Origin: Acinetobacter phage Acba_3
DNA: 55,181 nt
Strand: one strand, 5' to 3'
Sequence record: OQ101248.1
Below, piece by piece: positions 54,115 through 55,181 of the stretch (within the stretch, counting starts at the first letter, position 1; each line of letters starts with the position of its first letter). The notes beneath the pieces were generated by a model. The model did not search any database. It was not told the origin of the DNA and saw only the letters and a program-made list of their open reading frames with translations. The translations under genes and the position numbers were made by a program.

Positions 54115-54330
54115 TTAATCTTTTGTGTTATTAATTTTCTGGCCTAGCTTTCCTTCTTTTACCAACTGCACGACCTGCTCATTAGTAAGCACAGGAATAA
54201 AGACTTTGTCGCCAATATCTTTAGAAAGAATCTTTACTTCTTCAGCGGTTAGCACCAAAGCTTCACCATGTTTCGCAGCATCATTGATGCGAGCAATAAT
54301 CTGGTTGATTGGTCGTTTTGAATTGTCCAT
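54115..54330 (-). CDS. Hypothetical protein downstream of cI
   Basis: 71-aa ORF between repressor and RM gene. Confidence 0.35.
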   Translation of the reverse strand: MDNSKRPINQIIARINDAAKHGEALVLTAEEVKILSKDIGDKVFIPVLTNEQVVQLVKEGKLGQKINNTKD

Positions 54331-54344
54331 AAGTCTTCCTGTGA

Positions 54345-55127
54345 TTAATGCGAATAAGGATGTTCTTGTCTGTGCTGACTTGGTGGTACGATGTCAGTAA
54401 TAGCTGTAATGCTTTCTACCTCATCCATTTCAAAGAAAAATCGCTCACCACCATTCACAGAAAGCAAGCTTAAAACCCCGCCATTTATGCCAACAAATTC
54501 TTTAATTGTGCATCTTCCATCCTTCAAGCATACCTGAACAAACTCATTCGGCACGAGTTCCGCATCTGGATCACAAACCACATACCATCCATTACGGATA
54601 GCTGGAAACATTGAGTCGCCAGTGCCTTTAATACCATAGGCTCTTGGTCCTGCTGAGTGAGTTGGAACATACCCATCTCCAGCATTTCCATCGTATCCCA
54701 TATCTGTGAAATACCCATCCATACCCATCTTTGAATAAGCTTTGACGGGAACGTATCTTTTTTGAATAGGGAATGGTTTATCTGATGTTTGAACAAACTT
54801 AACAGCATCTTCCCTATCTGGAATGTTGTACTTCTGCTTAAAGGCTTCAATATCAAGAACATTTAATTGTGCACCACCACCATCCAGCTGTGTGGCAATC
54901 ATTTTATTACCTTGTCCAGCTAGCCAATCTTTAGAAACTCCTAAAAACTCAGCCGCTTTAACTAAATTTGACCCCTCCAACTCTTGGGTTGGGCCATTTA
55001 CCCACAACCCAACATTAGCCCTGCTCACGCCTGCAAATCTAGCCAGCTCAGTATTTTTGAATCTTTTACCTGTCACAGATTCATAGTGCTTTATAGCTAA
55101 AGACATTCGCTCTTGAAGAGTACTCAT
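54345..55127 (-). CDS. cI: CI-like repressor (XRE-family HTH + S24 LexA-like peptidase domain)
   Basis: N-terminal HTH ...NTELARFAGVSRANVGLW...; C-terminal GTGDSMFPAIRNGWYVVCDPD with catalytic Ser and downstream Lys. Confidence 0.85.
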   Translation of the reverse strand: MSTLQERMSLAIKHYESVTGKRFKNTELARFAGVSRANVGLWVNGPTQELEGSNLVKAAEFLGVSKDWLAGQGNKMIATQLDGGGAQLNVLDIEAFKQKYNIPDREDAVKFVQTSDKPFPIQKRYVPVKAYSKMGMDGYFTDMGYDGNAGDGYVPTHSAGPRAYGIKGTGDSMFPAIRNGWYVVCDPDAELVPNEFVQVCLKDGRCTIKEFVGINGGVLSLLSVNGGERFFFEMDEVESITAITDIVPPSQHRQEHPYSH

Positions 55128-55181
55128 AGTGTAAATCTCATGGCTATTGCCATAAACAAAATGTAAAGGAATCTTAACTTT
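55128..55181. promoter_or_regulatory. Upstream region of cI with GTAAAG motif (55159-55164) matching repeats at window start
   Basis: aaaatgtaaagga vs tttgtaaagct / acagtaaagtag / caaagtaaagtt at positions 4-57. Confidence 0.35.

Overview
The window appears to be a complete, circularly permuted ~55 kb temperate lambda-like siphovirus genome, about 40% GC and AT-rich. Its gene content resembles Acinetobacter-type temperate phages, but the host is inference only. The layout runs 5' to 3' on the + strand as follows. Cro-like and RHH regulators open the window. An O-like replisome organizer with internal iterons and a DnaB helicase come next, followed by many small early ORFs including a DUF1064 protein and a Dam methylase. 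The packaging and head module follows: DUF2280-like small terminase, large terminase, portal, Mu-F/SPP1 gp7-like head morphogenesis protein, scaffold and major capsid, with two terminator-bounded single-gene morons. The connector and tail module follows: major tail protein, then a tail chaperone with a lambda-type GGGAAAG -1 frameshift site and a 117-codon ATG-less -1 frame. A 3.2 kb island in the tail operon resembles P22 immI: divergent Arc/Mnt-like RHH pair, antirepressor and a secreted protein. A second chaperone paralog precedes a 1325-aa tape measure protein carrying an M23 peptidase domain. Lambda M-, L-, K- and I-like genes follow; the L-like gene is interrupted by an in-frame TAA. A 3489-aa J-like host-specificity protein carries a very long repetitive multi-module fibre. 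The lysis cassette is a holin, a GH108 endolysin and a small lipoprotein. The minus strand carries a P4-type tyrosine integrase and a leftward early operon: Xis-like protein, a small methylase-like protein, a Sak4-like ATPase, and a pentapeptide-repeat protein built from perfect 15-bp tandem repeats. At the position equivalent to lambda rexAB, next to the S24 CI-like repressor, sits a low-GC single-polypeptide nuclease-methylase-TRD restriction enzyme of Type IIG architecture. cI at the window end and cro at the window start with shared GTAAAG repeats suggest the ends join in a circular molecule. No rRNA, tRNA or CRISPR array was recognised by eye. All calls are manual, from motifs and gene order only, with no database searches.
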